Below, piece after piece: positions 19,380-29,119 of a stretch of DNA of 64,000 nucleotides (position 1 is its first letter; each line of letters opens with the position of its first letter). The notes below the pieces were generated by a model, which made no database searches, was not told where the DNA came from, and saw only the letters and a program-made list of their open reading frames with translations. Made by a program: the position numbers and the translations under genes. The stretch comes from Candidatus Woesearchaeota archaeon (GTDB taxonomy: Archaea > Nanobdellota > Nanobdellia > Woesearchaeales > UBA10216), in the NCBI GenBank assembly GCA_016185705.1, contig JACPMZ010000007.1, positions 107,157 through 171,156 on the forward strand, in the 5' to 3' direction.

Positions 19380-20307
19380 TTGCGTAGACGTAAGTAGCGT
19401 AAATTCTGGACGGCTTGAATTTCTGCTTGAACTGCAGCAGCGGCTTTGGGCTTCCGCCAAAGTCAACCTCGCTGTATCCCATTTTTTTCAGTGTTACAAG
19501 ATCATTCCAGTTGGCATACTCGCCAAGGCATTCTATCCTGCTGTCATAAATGCCAACCGCCGAATAATATGCGCCTAAAGCGTTGGGAACATTCCAGCCG
19601 GCGGTGATGCTCGCAACTTTGCCGTCCACCAAAACACTTTTGGCAAGATTGCAGCCTGCAAAATCCAGGTCAATGAATTTATTGTAAAAATCAGTATCAG
19701 TATAGTTTGAGTTTTTGCGGTGTACATAGTATCCTGTAACCCTGCGGCGCAGCTTCCATTCCTCCACAACAGCCTTTAGGTCATCCTTCTCCACGCTGCT
19801 GCTGTCCACAATTCTAATCCTGTGCGACTTCCTGAACCTGTTGAGAATGTTTCTCATCTTCTTCCACAGCCCGCCCCGGAGCTTATCCCCCTCCCAGCCA
19901 GTCATATCGTAAACAGGCCAATACAAAACGCAGTTTGGATCGCTTATTTTGTAAGATGAACTGACAGCATCGTCAACAATTTTTTTCCTGTCCATAGTAA
20001 GCTCGGCAACAAACTTGTTCAGCTTTCTTTTCTGCTTCAGAAAATCCAGTGCTTCCCTGACCAGCTGCGCCTGCTGGGCTTCCGGCGCAAGCGGAGCGCC
20101 AATCATGCTCCATTTTTTTGCAGCAGCGTTATTTATTGTAAGAAGGCCGTATTTACCTTCCCTAATGTAGATGCACTCATCACCCTTTAGTTCAACGGCA
20201 TTATGCGCAAGATAGTAGCCGAAATTATGCTCAGGAGCGCTGCCATAGGCTGCAACAGCGCTTTCTATCAGCCTGCGTTCGCTTTCAATGTCTTCAATCA
20301 GCTCCAT
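19366..20307 (-). CDS. DUF2156 / MprF C-terminal-like (aminoacyl-tRNA-dependent transferase fold) protein, paralog 1
   Basis: 313 aa; C-terminal VDFGGSP...FKQKFKP motif resembles LPG-synthase C domain; 3' end overlaps ileS by 14 nt. Confidence 0.5.
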   Translation of the reverse strand: MELIEDIESERRLIESAVAAYGSAPEHNFGYYLAHNAVELKGDECIYIREGKYGLLTINNAAAKKWSMIGAPLAPEAQQAQLVREALDFLKQKRKLNKFVAELTMDRKKIVDDAVSSSYKISDPNCVLYWPVYDMTGWEGDKLRGGLWKKMRNILNRFRKSHRIRIVDSSSVEKDDLKAVVEEWKLRRRVTGYYVHRKNSNYTDTDFYNKFIDLDFAGCNLAKSVLVDGKVASITAGWNVPNALGAYYSAVGIYDSRIECLGEYANWNDLVTLKKMGYSEVDFGGSPKPLLQFKQKFKPSRIYATYVYAITKK

Positions 20308-21235
20308 TTTTCACCAGCGAATAACTTTTTTTTATCAGATGCGGCCTGTACGACCTCTTTATGCGCTCAAGGTACTTAACGTCCCAGTCCTCGCCTGCGT
20401 TGACGTACTCACAGTCAAACAGCTTCATAAGCTCGCCGTAGATAAATACTGAAAGCCCCTTGATGCGCAGGTTTGTCTTCTCAAAAAAATCCGTGCAGAT
20501 TATGCTGCTTGTTCGCTCTGCAAAGCTGTAGCCCTGCACCTTGCCGTCAACCAGCACAACCACGCCTTTAAGGCCAAGCGTGTTTGCAAGCTCCAGCGCT
20601 CTTTCATTGGCGGCAACCTCTGCATCAAGCTTCTCCACGTCAGCATCCTCAATTGTTTCGAGTTTCTGCTCTTTCCAGCGGTGAAGCAAATCAAGGCAGC
20701 CTGCCCTGTGCCTGCCAGCGTTGTACTGCTCAACAGCGCAGGAATAGTTTTTCATAAAATAATTTTTAAGATTCCTCTTGCTCTTATAACTGTCTCCTTT
20801 AAGCTCAATGATGTCTGTCCTTTTGTATATGTAGTCCTGGTTCTGCTCCTGCAGCTTAAAGCCGCTGAGGTTTGCGTATGCGTCCTTAAGCTCCTCAGGA
20901 ATGTACATCATGGCAGGATTTTCCGGAATCCCGCGCTCTGCGTTGTAATCCTCGCACATGCTGAAGCACCTGCCCAGAGTGTCAGCGAGCTTTTTTCCGG
21001 GAACAACGGGCCCCCAGATGCAGCGTTTGCCCTCAAAAGTCAGGAACAGGCACAGATTGCCGTTTATCAAAGCCCATTCCATTTCGCCATAACAGCCATC
21101 CCACAGATAAAGCCACGCAAAGCTGTGCTCCGCCAAAGGAAACTGAAGCGAGCCATAAGCTTTGTCAAAAATTTTTTTGTCAGCTGGAGCGAGCTTTTGC
21201 ATTTGACTGAGTATTTGCATCTTTTTTGCCTTCAA
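20294..21235 (-). CDS. DUF2156 / MprF C-terminal-like protein, paralog 2
   Basis: 313 aa; VNAGEDWDVKYLERIKRSYRP C-terminal motif; tandem with paralog 1, 14-nt overlap. Confidence 0.5.
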   Translation of the reverse strand: MKAKKMQILSQMQKLAPADKKIFDKAYGSLQFPLAEHSFAWLYLWDGCYGEMEWALINGNLCLFLTFEGKRCIWGPVVPGKKLADTLGRCFSMCEDYNAERGIPENPAMMYIPEELKDAYANLSGFKLQEQNQDYIYKRTDIIELKGDSYKSKRNLKNYFMKNYSCAVEQYNAGRHRAGCLDLLHRWKEQKLETIEDADVEKLDAEVAANERALELANTLGLKGVVVLVDGKVQGYSFAERTSSIICTDFFEKTNLRIKGLSVFIYGELMKLFDCEYVNAGEDWDVKYLERIKRSYRPHLIKKSYSLVKNGAD

Positions 21236-21358
21236 AAAGCTTTTTTTGCGAAATGAGTTTTTATATTTTGCTATTTTTTGTAATGAAGCGATGAGAATTC
21301 TTTAAAGCTGCAGTTACCAAGGAACTGCTGCTGGCATCCGGCTACAACATAAATTGAA

Positions 21359-22243
21359 TCATTTGCAGTAGAATTCCCCAATCAGCTTGTAGACGAGCTT
21401 TGCAGCGGTGAAGTCAGGCGCATGCATTCCGGGTATGGGCATGAATTCCATGACATCAAAGCCAACAACTTTTTTTGCGGAAAGCTTTCTGAGAAATTTC
21501 AGCAGCGTAAACCAGTCAAAGCCGCCGGGCTGCGGAGTGCCGACAGCAGGCATGATGCCTGGATCCAGAGCATCGAGGTCAATTGTTAAGTAAACTATGT
21601 CAGAAAGCTTTGAAATTGCCTCGTCCATCCATCTGTCATCCTGCTTTGCGAGCGTTTCGTGCGCCCAGAATACCGGAATTTTTTCCTTTTCAATGAACTC
21701 TGCCTGGTCATCAGCAAGACTTCTTATGCCTGCAAGCACAACAGGGCACATCTCGTAGCAGCGGCGGGCCACGCAGCCGTGATCCCATTTGCTCCCCCCA
21801 TTCAGGTCTGCCATGTCAGCATGGGCATCAACATGCAGCACGCTTAAGCCGGGATACTTTTCCTTAAAAGCGCGCACAGCGCCGGAAGTGAGCGAGTGCT
21901 CGCCGCCCAGCATTACAAACTTTTTGCCGTCTTCAAGAATTTTTTTCGTTGATTCATAAACGCGATCTATCGTCTGCCTGGCGTCATCCATAATTTCCAG
22001 CTCGTCAAGCGTGCAAATGCCGACTTCAGAAAAATTCTTCTTTGATTCCTCGTCAAAGAACTCCACGACCCTTGACGCTTCAATGATTGCACGAGGCCCG
22101 TCCCTTGTTCCAGGCTTATATGAAGTTGTGCCGTCATAAGGCACAGGGAAAATCACAACTCCTGCCCTATCATAGTCCGCGAGTTCGTGCGGCAAGCCAC
22201 CAAAGTTGAAGGGAGCATAAAAATGCGGGTTTTTGACTGCCAT
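21359..22243 (-). CDS. speB: Agmatinase (arginase/ureohydrolase family)
   Basis: GGEHS, DAHAD, IDLDALDP Mn-binding motifs. Confidence 0.85.
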   Translation of the reverse strand: MAVKNPHFYAPFNFGGLPHELADYDRAGVVIFPVPYDGTTSYKPGTRDGPRAIIEASRVVEFFDEESKKNFSEVGICTLDELEIMDDARQTIDRVYESTKKILEDGKKFVMLGGEHSLTSGAVRAFKEKYPGLSVLHVDAHADMADLNGGSKWDHGCVARRCYEMCPVVLAGIRSLADDQAEFIEKEKIPVFWAHETLAKQDDRWMDEAISKLSDIVYLTIDLDALDPGIMPAVGTPQPGGFDWFTLLKFLRKLSAKKVVGFDVMEFMPIPGMHAPDFTAAKLVYKLIGEFYCK

Positions 22244-22274
22244 AAGAAAACAAATGTGCGCTCATTTATAAATT

Positions 22275-22727
22275 TTAATGCGCAGCAAGCCTTGAATATC
22301 TGACTCTTTCCCTGAATGCAATCTCAGCAGATTTCTCCGTGCTTCTTGGATAATGCTTTATGAATTCCCTTCCCCTGTTGATGAAATTCTTCTCCACTTT
22401 TACAGCGCCAAGCATCTTTGTCAGCAAATCAACTGCGTACTTTATGTCGAAATCCTTGCAGGAAAATATGTCAAAAGTTGCGTAACCGTCCTCCGGGAAG
22501 GTGTGGATTGCCATGTGGCTCTCAACCAAAATGACAAAGCCGGTAACTCCGCCGCGGTCGAACGAATCTATGCCCTGGGCTGGAACCGAGGTAACCTGCG
22601 GGTCAGAGAACTTACTCATGCCAAGCTTTTCAGGCATTTCATTAAGGACTCTTGTAACAAAGTGAGAATCTGCCAGCTTATTTCTGTCGCATCCATACAG
22701 GTCCATGGTCAGGTGCGGTCCAAACAT
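22275..22727 (-). CDS. speH: Pyruvoyl-dependent decarboxylase of the SpeH family (AdoMet decarboxylase or arginine decarboxylase paralog)
   Basis: VESHMAIHTFPE self-cleavage (ES) motif; about 150 aa. Confidence 0.75.
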   Translation of the reverse strand: MFGPHLTMDLYGCDRNKLADSHFVTRVLNEMPEKLGMSKFSDPQVTSVPAQGIDSFDRGGVTGFVILVESHMAIHTFPEDGYATFDIFSCKDFDIKYAVDLLTKMLGAVKVEKNFINRGREFIKHYPRSTEKSAEIAFRERVRYSRLAAH

Positions 22728-22887
22728 TTTATCATCATTTTGTTATAATTTTTCTACTATTAAGAATCAGTTCCCTCATCTCTTTTTGATTCATAAATTT
22801 TGTAAACATTGCAGTTGCAACAGTCATATTGCTGATGCCATTTATGAAGTATCTTATATTTAAACTTAACTGTTTTTCATATTACTT

Positions 22888-23793
22888 TCAGAAGAATTCG
22901 TTTACAGAAAGGACAAGCAGCGGGAAAATAATCTGGGCGTCTCCGTAAACTGTGACTGCTTTGCCCCTGACTTTTCCCCATGATTTTGCTTCAGAAGTCG
23001 TAGCGCCTGACAGCGAGCCGTGATACGGCGATGAGCTGTTAATGTATACTGCATAGTCAAGGCCGTTCAAAATGTTTGAAATAATAAGGTGATGCTTTGC
23101 TATTCCGCCGCCGAGAACAATGCCCAAAGTTTTTTCTGCTGCCATGCCCAACTCAAGCAATCTCGAGAAATCTTTTACGGCATCTATTTTAAAGTCAGGA
23201 TTTTTTTGCTGAAAAAAAGCAAGCTGCATGCCGAAAGCGCCGTCAGTTATGCCCGGACAAAAAATCGGGACGCTGTTTTTGCTTGCCCAGTGCAGCAGCG
23301 AGCCCTCGCTTCCAATTCTTTTGCCAATTTCAGAAATCAATTCCGAAACTGCAATATCTTTTTTAACAGCGTAAATTTCGCCGATAGCCTTTTCTGAAAA
23401 CTTTTCAAGGAATTCGTAGCGGTCATTGGGAACAAGTATGTTGCCCATCCTGTTAATGCCCCGGCTGCCCAATTCCTCGTCGTCAGACTCAAAACTGCCC
23501 TGCAGGTATGGCAGCTTGCTTCTGTTAATGTCCTCGTCAATGGTTCCGGAAGTCGTAATAATCGCGTCTACCTTCTTCCTCTTTACCAGGTCAACAAAAA
23601 CGCCGCGCAGGCCTGATGCTGCCATGTTGGAAGTGAAACTCAGAAATGTGAAAGCGTTGTTCTTCTTTGCCTCGGAAAGAATTTCAGCTGCCTCTCCCAT
23701 GTTCTGCGCCTGGAAACCTGAGTCCCTGAACTGCGCCACAAGGTCGGCAGCTTTCATGCCATTGGTTAATCGAATGTCCTTTATTTCTCTCAT
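22888..23793 (-). CDS. dys: Deoxyhypusine synthase
   Basis: Length and C-terminal SEAKSWGKV motif; NAD-binding glycine-rich segments. Confidence 0.9.
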   Translation of the reverse strand: MREIKDIRLTNGMKAADLVAQFRDSGFQAQNMGEAAEILSEAKKNNAFTFLSFTSNMAASGLRGVFVDLVKRKKVDAIITTSGTIDEDINRSKLPYLQGSFESDDEELGSRGINRMGNILVPNDRYEFLEKFSEKAIGEIYAVKKDIAVSELISEIGKRIGSEGSLLHWASKNSVPIFCPGITDGAFGMQLAFFQQKNPDFKIDAVKDFSRLLELGMAAEKTLGIVLGGGIAKHHLIISNILNGLDYAVYINSSSPYHGSLSGATTSEAKSWGKVRGKAVTVYGDAQIIFPLLVLSVNEFF

Positions 23794-24037
23794 AAAGCAT
23801 GCCGCAACTGCCTATGGAATAAAAAGTTTGTGAGAAAATGGCAATCTCAGGCAAACTGTTTTTTTCAGCTGCCTGCCCTCACCTTTTATTCCCTCCAACT
23901 TTTAAGGGAGGGAATAAAAGACGAGAGACAGAACAAGCAAAAGCTGTCATCACAGGAAAAAATCAGCAGGGCTGGCGCAAACCGGAAAGTTTACTTTATG
24001 CAAACATATTTATACCAGATTATTAAAAGTTTTAATA

Positions 24038-24511
24038 ATGAAAGTAGTCGCTGAACAGCCGCTGGCTGAAATAATTCTGAGAAAATACGAGCTGCCTGAC
24101 CATATTAAAGAACGGGAGCTTGTGAAAAAGCTTTGCCTTTCCCTTGGCCTGCTGCAGCCGGGAGATTCGAGGGATGTTGTTGTTGATGTGCTGCACGTGC
24201 TGCTGAAAAACAGGAAAAGGCGAAAGCTGCTTACAGTGTCTGAGATAGAGAAAAAAGTTGTGCAGAACCGGAAGCTGCACAAAGTAGCTATGCTTGGAAT
24301 AGCGTCTTCCAATATACGGCGGCAAATCAAGCGCCTGAGGAACATGCTGATTGTTGAGAAAATCAGGACCGGCTACCGAATCAGCGAGTTCATGCCGATG
24401 CAGCAGCTCTTTGCAGAAAAAATACAGGGATTAATGCTGCCCAACATTGTGCAGCGAATAAACGGATATCTGCAAAGGGCTGATGATGTTTTCTCGGTGA
24501 AGAAGAACTGA
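24038..24511 (+). CDS. Hypothetical protein, possible winged-helix regulator
   Basis: 157 aa, helical; no firm family assignment. Confidence 0.4.
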   Translation: MKVVAEQPLAEIILRKYELPDHIKERELVKKLCLSLGLLQPGDSRDVVVDVLHVLLKNRKRRKLLTVSEIEKKVVQNRKLHKVAMLGIASSNIRRQIKRLRNMLIVEKIRTGYRISEFMPMQQLFAEKIQGLMLPNIVQRINGYLQRADDVFSVKKN

Positions 24512-24737
24512 AGATTTCGTTTCTCTGCCTCGCAATGTTTTTTATCGCCAGCTTCCTTTTTTCCTCCCTTCGCAAAGGTGAGAGAGGGAAAAGGGAAGCT
24601 GGTTTGTTGCTGTGAGAGAGGGCTGCAAAGTTTTGTCGTCTACAAAACAAAAAGCTTTAAATACAGGATAATTACATGAAGAGAAGTCACGACGAGAAAA
24701 GCGTCTTGATGATAAAAAAGATAAGGGGGATGCAAAA

Positions 24738-24968
24738 ATGGCTGAAAAAGTAGCAAAGGTTGGAATAAAGAAGGAAGACGGATACCTGTATTTCGTTGAC
24801 AAAAAAGGCAACGTAGGCAGAGCAAAGATGGTTCGCGGTGGAAGAAAGAAAGGGAAACAGAAACAACAGGTAGTTGCCAAGGTTGGCGTAAAGAAAGCCA
24901 AGGGATACCTTTACTTCATTGACAAGAAAGGGGATATTTCCAGGGCAAAGATGGTGCGCGGGAGATAA
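24738..24968 (+). CDS. Small basic protein with internal tandem repeat KVG(I/V)KK..GYLYF(V/I)DKKG..(G/S)RAKMVRG
   Basis: 76 aa; two 30-aa repeats; A-rich RBS-like stretch upstream. Confidence 0.45.
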   Translation: MAEKVAKVGIKKEDGYLYFVDKKGNVGRAKMVRGGRKKGKQKQQVVAKVGVKKAKGYLYFIDKKGDISRAKMVRGR

Positions 24969-24982
24969 GTCCCGCTTTTTTT

Positions 24983-25624
24983 TTATTTCTTCAGCGATTT
25001 AATCGCAGCCGCAGGATTAGGGCTGCCATAAATGTAGGAGCCTGCCACCAGAATATCAGCGCCTGCTGAAACGGCAAGCTTCGCAGTTTCCTTGTTTATG
25101 CCGCCGTCAACCTGAATTTCTGCGTTTAGATTTTTTGAATCAATCATTGAACGCAGCTCGCGAATTTTCGGCAACACTGACTCAATAAACTTCTGGCCGC
25201 CGAAGCCGGGGTTGACGGTCATGAGCAGAATCATATCCACATTTTCAATGATGCTTTCTGCGCTGGAAATTTCGGTGGACGGATTAATGGCGATTGCAGC
25301 TTTTTTTCCGCTGCTGCCAACCTGCTTAATAGCCGCGTATAAATTCCGGGCTGCTTCAACATGAATTGTAATTGAATCTGCGCCTGCAGCAGAGAACTCA
25401 TCAATGTATTTTTCCGGCTGCTCTATCATCAGGTGGACGTCAAGCTGAAGCTTTGTCACTCTGCGGATGGCCGCCACTGCAGCAGGGCCAAAAGTTATGT
25501 TTGGAACAAAATGGCCGTCCATGACGTCAATGTGCAGCAAATCAGCGTGCTTCTCAACCTTTTTTATGTCGCGCTCAAGATTTGCGAAATCTGCAGACAG
25601 AATGGAAGGCGCAATTTTTACCAT
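24983..25624 (-). CDS. rpe: Ribulose-phosphate 3-epimerase
   Basis: MVKIAPSILSADF start, HIDVMDGHFVPN, MTVNPGFGGQ motifs. Confidence 0.85.
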   Translation of the reverse strand: MVKIAPSILSADFANLERDIKKVEKHADLLHIDVMDGHFVPNITFGPAAVAAIRRVTKLQLDVHLMIEQPEKYIDEFSAAGADSITIHVEAARNLYAAIKQVGSSGKKAAIAINPSTEISSAESIIENVDMILLMTVNPGFGGQKFIESVLPKIRELRSMIDSKNLNAEIQVDGGINKETAKLAVSAGADILVAGSYIYGSPNPAAAIKSLKK

Positions 25625-25705
25625 TCTGCAAATTTCATCACGTCGGTATTTAAAGTTATTGCTTTCAACCCAGTATCTCCGAAACTGCCTTAGTTCCATC
25701 CACTG

Positions 25706-25757
25706 CGCTCTATTTCCTCCTCCCTCGAAATTTTAAGGGAGGAGGAAATAGAGCGCC
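25706..25757. repeat. Perfect 52-bp palindromic hairpin (GCGCTCTATTTCCTCCTCCC-loop-GGGAGGAGGAAATAGAGCGC); right half repeated at 14467-14490
   Basis: Direct inspection; member of the intergenic GC-stem hairpin family. Confidence 0.7.
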
Positions 25758-25881
25758 GCAGCACGAACCGCCCCGGATGCAATCGGAGATGCTGTTCAAA
25801 TATCATGGCGATGAAACACGGGAAAGCTGACGTTGCCCAAATCAGCAAAATTTATAAATAAGCCGTGGTAGCTAACGAAGC

Positions 25882-26577
25882 ATGTCTGAAGCTAAGCACA
25901 TCGCAATCATTCTCGACGGTAACCGGAGATTTGCCAAACGGCTGATGGCAAAGCCATGGAAGGGGCACGAGTTCGGAAGGGAGAAAGTCGGGAAGCTGCT
26001 GGAGTGGTGCATGGAACTGGGGATAAGGGAAGTTACGCTGTACGCGTTCTCTGTCGATAATTTCAACAGGCCGAAGAAGGAATTTGATTATCTCATGAAG
26101 CTATTCAGGGAAGCGTTTGAGAGCGTTAAGGACGATGCAAGAATTCACGAGAAGAAAGTTCGCATCAATTTCCTCGGCAGGATTGGCATGTTTCCTGAAG
26201 ACGTTGCGAAAGCAATGCGGGTTTTAATGGAGGCGACTAAAACTTATGATGAGTATGTAGTTAATTTCTGCATGGCCTACGGCGGCCGAGAAGAAATCGT
26301 GGATGCGGCTGCTAAGATGATAGCTGATTTGGAGAAAGGCGCGATAAAAGCTGAGGACATAAATGAGGAAAAGTTCAAGTCATACCTGTATTCTCCGCGG
26401 GAGCCAGACCTTATTATACGCACAGGCGGAGAGAAAAGACTCAGCGGATTTCTGTTATATGCTTCCTCGTATGCAGAGCTGATATTTCTTGACAAAATGT
26501 GGCCTGAATTTGAGAAAGGTGATCTTGTGGCCTGCTTGGAAGACTTCAGGCAGCGCGAAAGAAGATTCGGGCGTTAA
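25882..26577 (+). CDS. uppS: Undecaprenyl/tritrans,polycis-polyprenyl diphosphate synthase (cis-prenyltransferase)
   Basis: HIAIILDGNRRFAKR and RTGGEKRLS motifs. Confidence 0.9.
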   Translation: MSEAKHIAIILDGNRRFAKRLMAKPWKGHEFGREKVGKLLEWCMELGIREVTLYAFSVDNFNRPKKEFDYLMKLFREAFESVKDDARIHEKKVRINFLGRIGMFPEDVAKAMRVLMEATKTYDEYVVNFCMAYGGREEIVDAAAKMIADLEKGAIKAEDINEEKFKSYLYSPREPDLIIRTGGEKRLSGFLLYASSYAELIFLDKMWPEFEKGDLVACLEDFRQRERRFGR

Positions 26578-27605
26578 TGCTTCCTCGCAACCATGAACCT
26601 TCCCAGCTCGCTTAATGTCTTTTTTGCGGCAGTATCGGGAAGCAGAGGCTCTAATCTGCTCCATGAGCGCTCTACAATTTTCGCAGCCACAGCTTCAGAG
26701 TAATCCAACGCTTTGTGTTTCCTTATTATTTCAATAGCCGCATTTATTTCGTCTTTTTCCTTGGTGTGCTTTTTCAGAATGCCAATCAGCATGCGCCTGT
26801 CCTGCGGATTAGCCAGCGATAAAGTTCTCAGCAGAGGGAAACTTATTTTTGCCTCAGTGATGTCTTCTCCATAATCTTTGCCCAAGCTGCTTTGCAGGTT
26901 TAGAATATCGTCCTGAATCTGGAAGGCAATGCCTATGGATTCTGCAAAGCTGCCTAACGCAGCTGCCTGCTGTTCTGAGCCGCCGCCAAGGATTGCCCCC
27001 ATCTTGGCAGACAGCCTGGCAAGCGTGCCAGTTTTATTGGCGCACATCGCAAAGTACTGCTGCTCTGTAATTCTTTTGAGATGGCTGTGCCAGTGGATGT
27101 CTGTTCCCTGGCCGAGGTGCAGTTTCAGCAGTTCCTGAGAAATAAGCTCATGAATCTTCAACTTTTGTGCTGCATTGAGACTGCGAAGGACTGTCAGCGG
27201 CAAAAAATACAGCATGCTGCCAAGATTCACTGCCACGTCAGTGCCATAGCGCACGTGAATTGCCGGCTGGCCGCGCCTGGTCAAAGAGCTGTCCTCAATG
27301 TCATCAGCGATAAGACTGCCGGTATGTATCAGCTCAGGGATGACAGCAAATTTTCTTATTCCATCAGGATTGCCGCCAACTGCGCTGCAGGAAAGGAACA
27401 TGAGCAGCGGCCTCCATCTTTTGCCGCCCCTGCCAAGCAGGTCCCAAACAGGATTTGAAAGAGACGCATTGACTGCCCTGACATCCCAGCTTCCGGCGCC
27501 GAAAACCCCGCTGAGCCATTTATGATTTATCCTCTCCGGCAGAAATTCCCTAAGCGCAGAATCTACGGTTTTGGTGTTAGCTTCCAGGATTCTTTCAATG
27601 CCCAT
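26574..27605 (-). CDS. idsA: Geranylgeranyl diphosphate synthase / trans-polyprenyl synthetase
   Basis: FARM LIADDIEDSS and SARM QIQDDILN aspartate-rich motifs. Confidence 0.85.
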   Translation of the reverse strand: MGIERILEANTKTVDSALREFLPERINHKWLSGVFGAGSWDVRAVNASLSNPVWDLLGRGGKRWRPLLMFLSCSAVGGNPDGIRKFAVIPELIHTGSLIADDIEDSSLTRRGQPAIHVRYGTDVAVNLGSMLYFLPLTVLRSLNAAQKLKIHELISQELLKLHLGQGTDIHWHSHLKRITEQQYFAMCANKTGTLARLSAKMGAILGGGSEQQAAALGSFAESIGIAFQIQDDILNLQSSLGKDYGEDITEAKISFPLLRTLSLANPQDRRMLIGILKKHTKEKDEINAAIEIIRKHKALDYSEAVAAKIVERSWSRLEPLLPDTAAKKTLSELGRFMVARKH

Positions 27606-27677
27606 ACGGAATGGAAGCGCAAATTGCTATAAAAATTTATGCAAACTTTAATAAACCAATAGCCCGTAAACTGGCGC

Positions 27678-28751
27678 ATGAAAGAGATTGTAAGGCTGAC
27701 TTCAGATATGATAAGGTTCGAGACAACAGCGGACAAGCCAGAGGAGATAAGAAAATGCGCAGATTACATAATGGCTTACCTGCGCGGGCACGGAATAGTT
27801 GTGAAAAAGTTTGAGAAAAACAAAAAGATTTCCATAGCTGCAACCTACAGGCGCACGAGGAGCCCGAAAATATTCCTGAACGCGCATTTCGACGTTGTGC
27901 CTGCCAGCAGACGCCTCTTTTCGCCAAAAGTGAAATCAGGAAAGCTTTATGGCAGGGGAAGCGAAGACTGCAAAGTGCAGGTTGCGGTGCTTATGAAGAT
28001 AATGAAGGACATGGCCGCTCTGAAGCCCGACATCGGAATAATGCTGACATCTGACGAGGAAGTGCACGGCCATGACGGAGTGCGTTATCTGCTTTCTGAG
28101 AATGGCTATTCGGCAGAATTCGCAATAGTTGCAGACGGCGGAGATAATTTTGACATCGTAACAAAGCACAAAGGCGTGCTGCAGGTAAAGCTTTCTGCGA
28201 AAGGCAGGTCTGCGCACGCTTCCCGATACTGGGAAGGAGGGGAGAACGCAATTGAAAAGCTGATAGCTGCCTACTCCAAGGTGCAGAAAATTTTCCCGAA
28301 ACTCACAAAGCCGGAATGGAAAACAACTGCAAACCTCTCAAAAATAAGCGGAGGGGATGCATTGAACAAAGTGCCTGACTACGCTGAGCTGTATCTGGAC
28401 ATCCGCAGGACAGAAAAAGACGCCCCACAGGATATCATGAAAAAGCTGCAAAGCATAGAAGGAATACAGGTTGAAAAAGTAGCTGACGCAGACATGCTGA
28501 TAACAAACGAAAATAATCCCTACATCAGGCAGCTCCAGAAGTCAGCAGAAAAAATACTGAAACGCAAGGTCCGCACGTACCATGAGCACGGAGCAACTGA
28601 TGCAAGATACTTCTGTGAAACCGGAATACCTGCGGTTCTGTTCAAGACAATAGGATTCGGGGCGCATTCGGAAAATGAGCACGTTGTAATATCAAGCATT
28701 GAGCCTTACTACAATATTCTGGCGGATTTTATACGGGCAACGGCAAAATAA
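27678..28751 (+). CDS. M20-family metallopeptidase (ArgE/DapE-like)
   Basis: Length, HFDVVP, metal-binding D/E/H pattern typical of M20 deacylases. Confidence 0.75.
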   Translation: MKEIVRLTSDMIRFETTADKPEEIRKCADYIMAYLRGHGIVVKKFEKNKKISIAATYRRTRSPKIFLNAHFDVVPASRRLFSPKVKSGKLYGRGSEDCKVQVAVLMKIMKDMAALKPDIGIMLTSDEEVHGHDGVRYLLSENGYSAEFAIVADGGDNFDIVTKHKGVLQVKLSAKGRSAHASRYWEGGENAIEKLIAAYSKVQKIFPKLTKPEWKTTANLSKISGGDALNKVPDYAELYLDIRRTEKDAPQDIMKKLQSIEGIQVEKVADADMLITNENNPYIRQLQKSAEKILKRKVRTYHEHGATDARYFCETGIPAVLFKTIGFGAHSENEHVVISSIEPYYNILADFIRATAK

Positions 28752-29119
28752 AGCTTTTTGCCATTCCCTGCGGCGCGCTACCTGATTTTGTACTCGGCAT
28801 CAATTATAGCGGAAGACACAAGTAATTATACAAAATAGTTGTGTCTTCCTGATATAGCGACTGACAAACATGTACAAAAACTAATGTCAGTCGCTATATT
28901 TTGGAAGGATTTCTGCCTGTTTTTCTTTTTAATTTTCCGGCGAGAAGAGCGATAACGCCAATGGTTGCCCCCACTGCCAGCAGCGCAAATATGAGCACAG
29001 GCATAAATATTATGAGGAGGAGGCTTATTGGCAATAACAGCATTGCTGCTATCCTGCTATTCGCTACAAAACGCAATTTGGGCATCAGAATGCACAAAAC
29101 ATACTGCTTTTAATATGTT

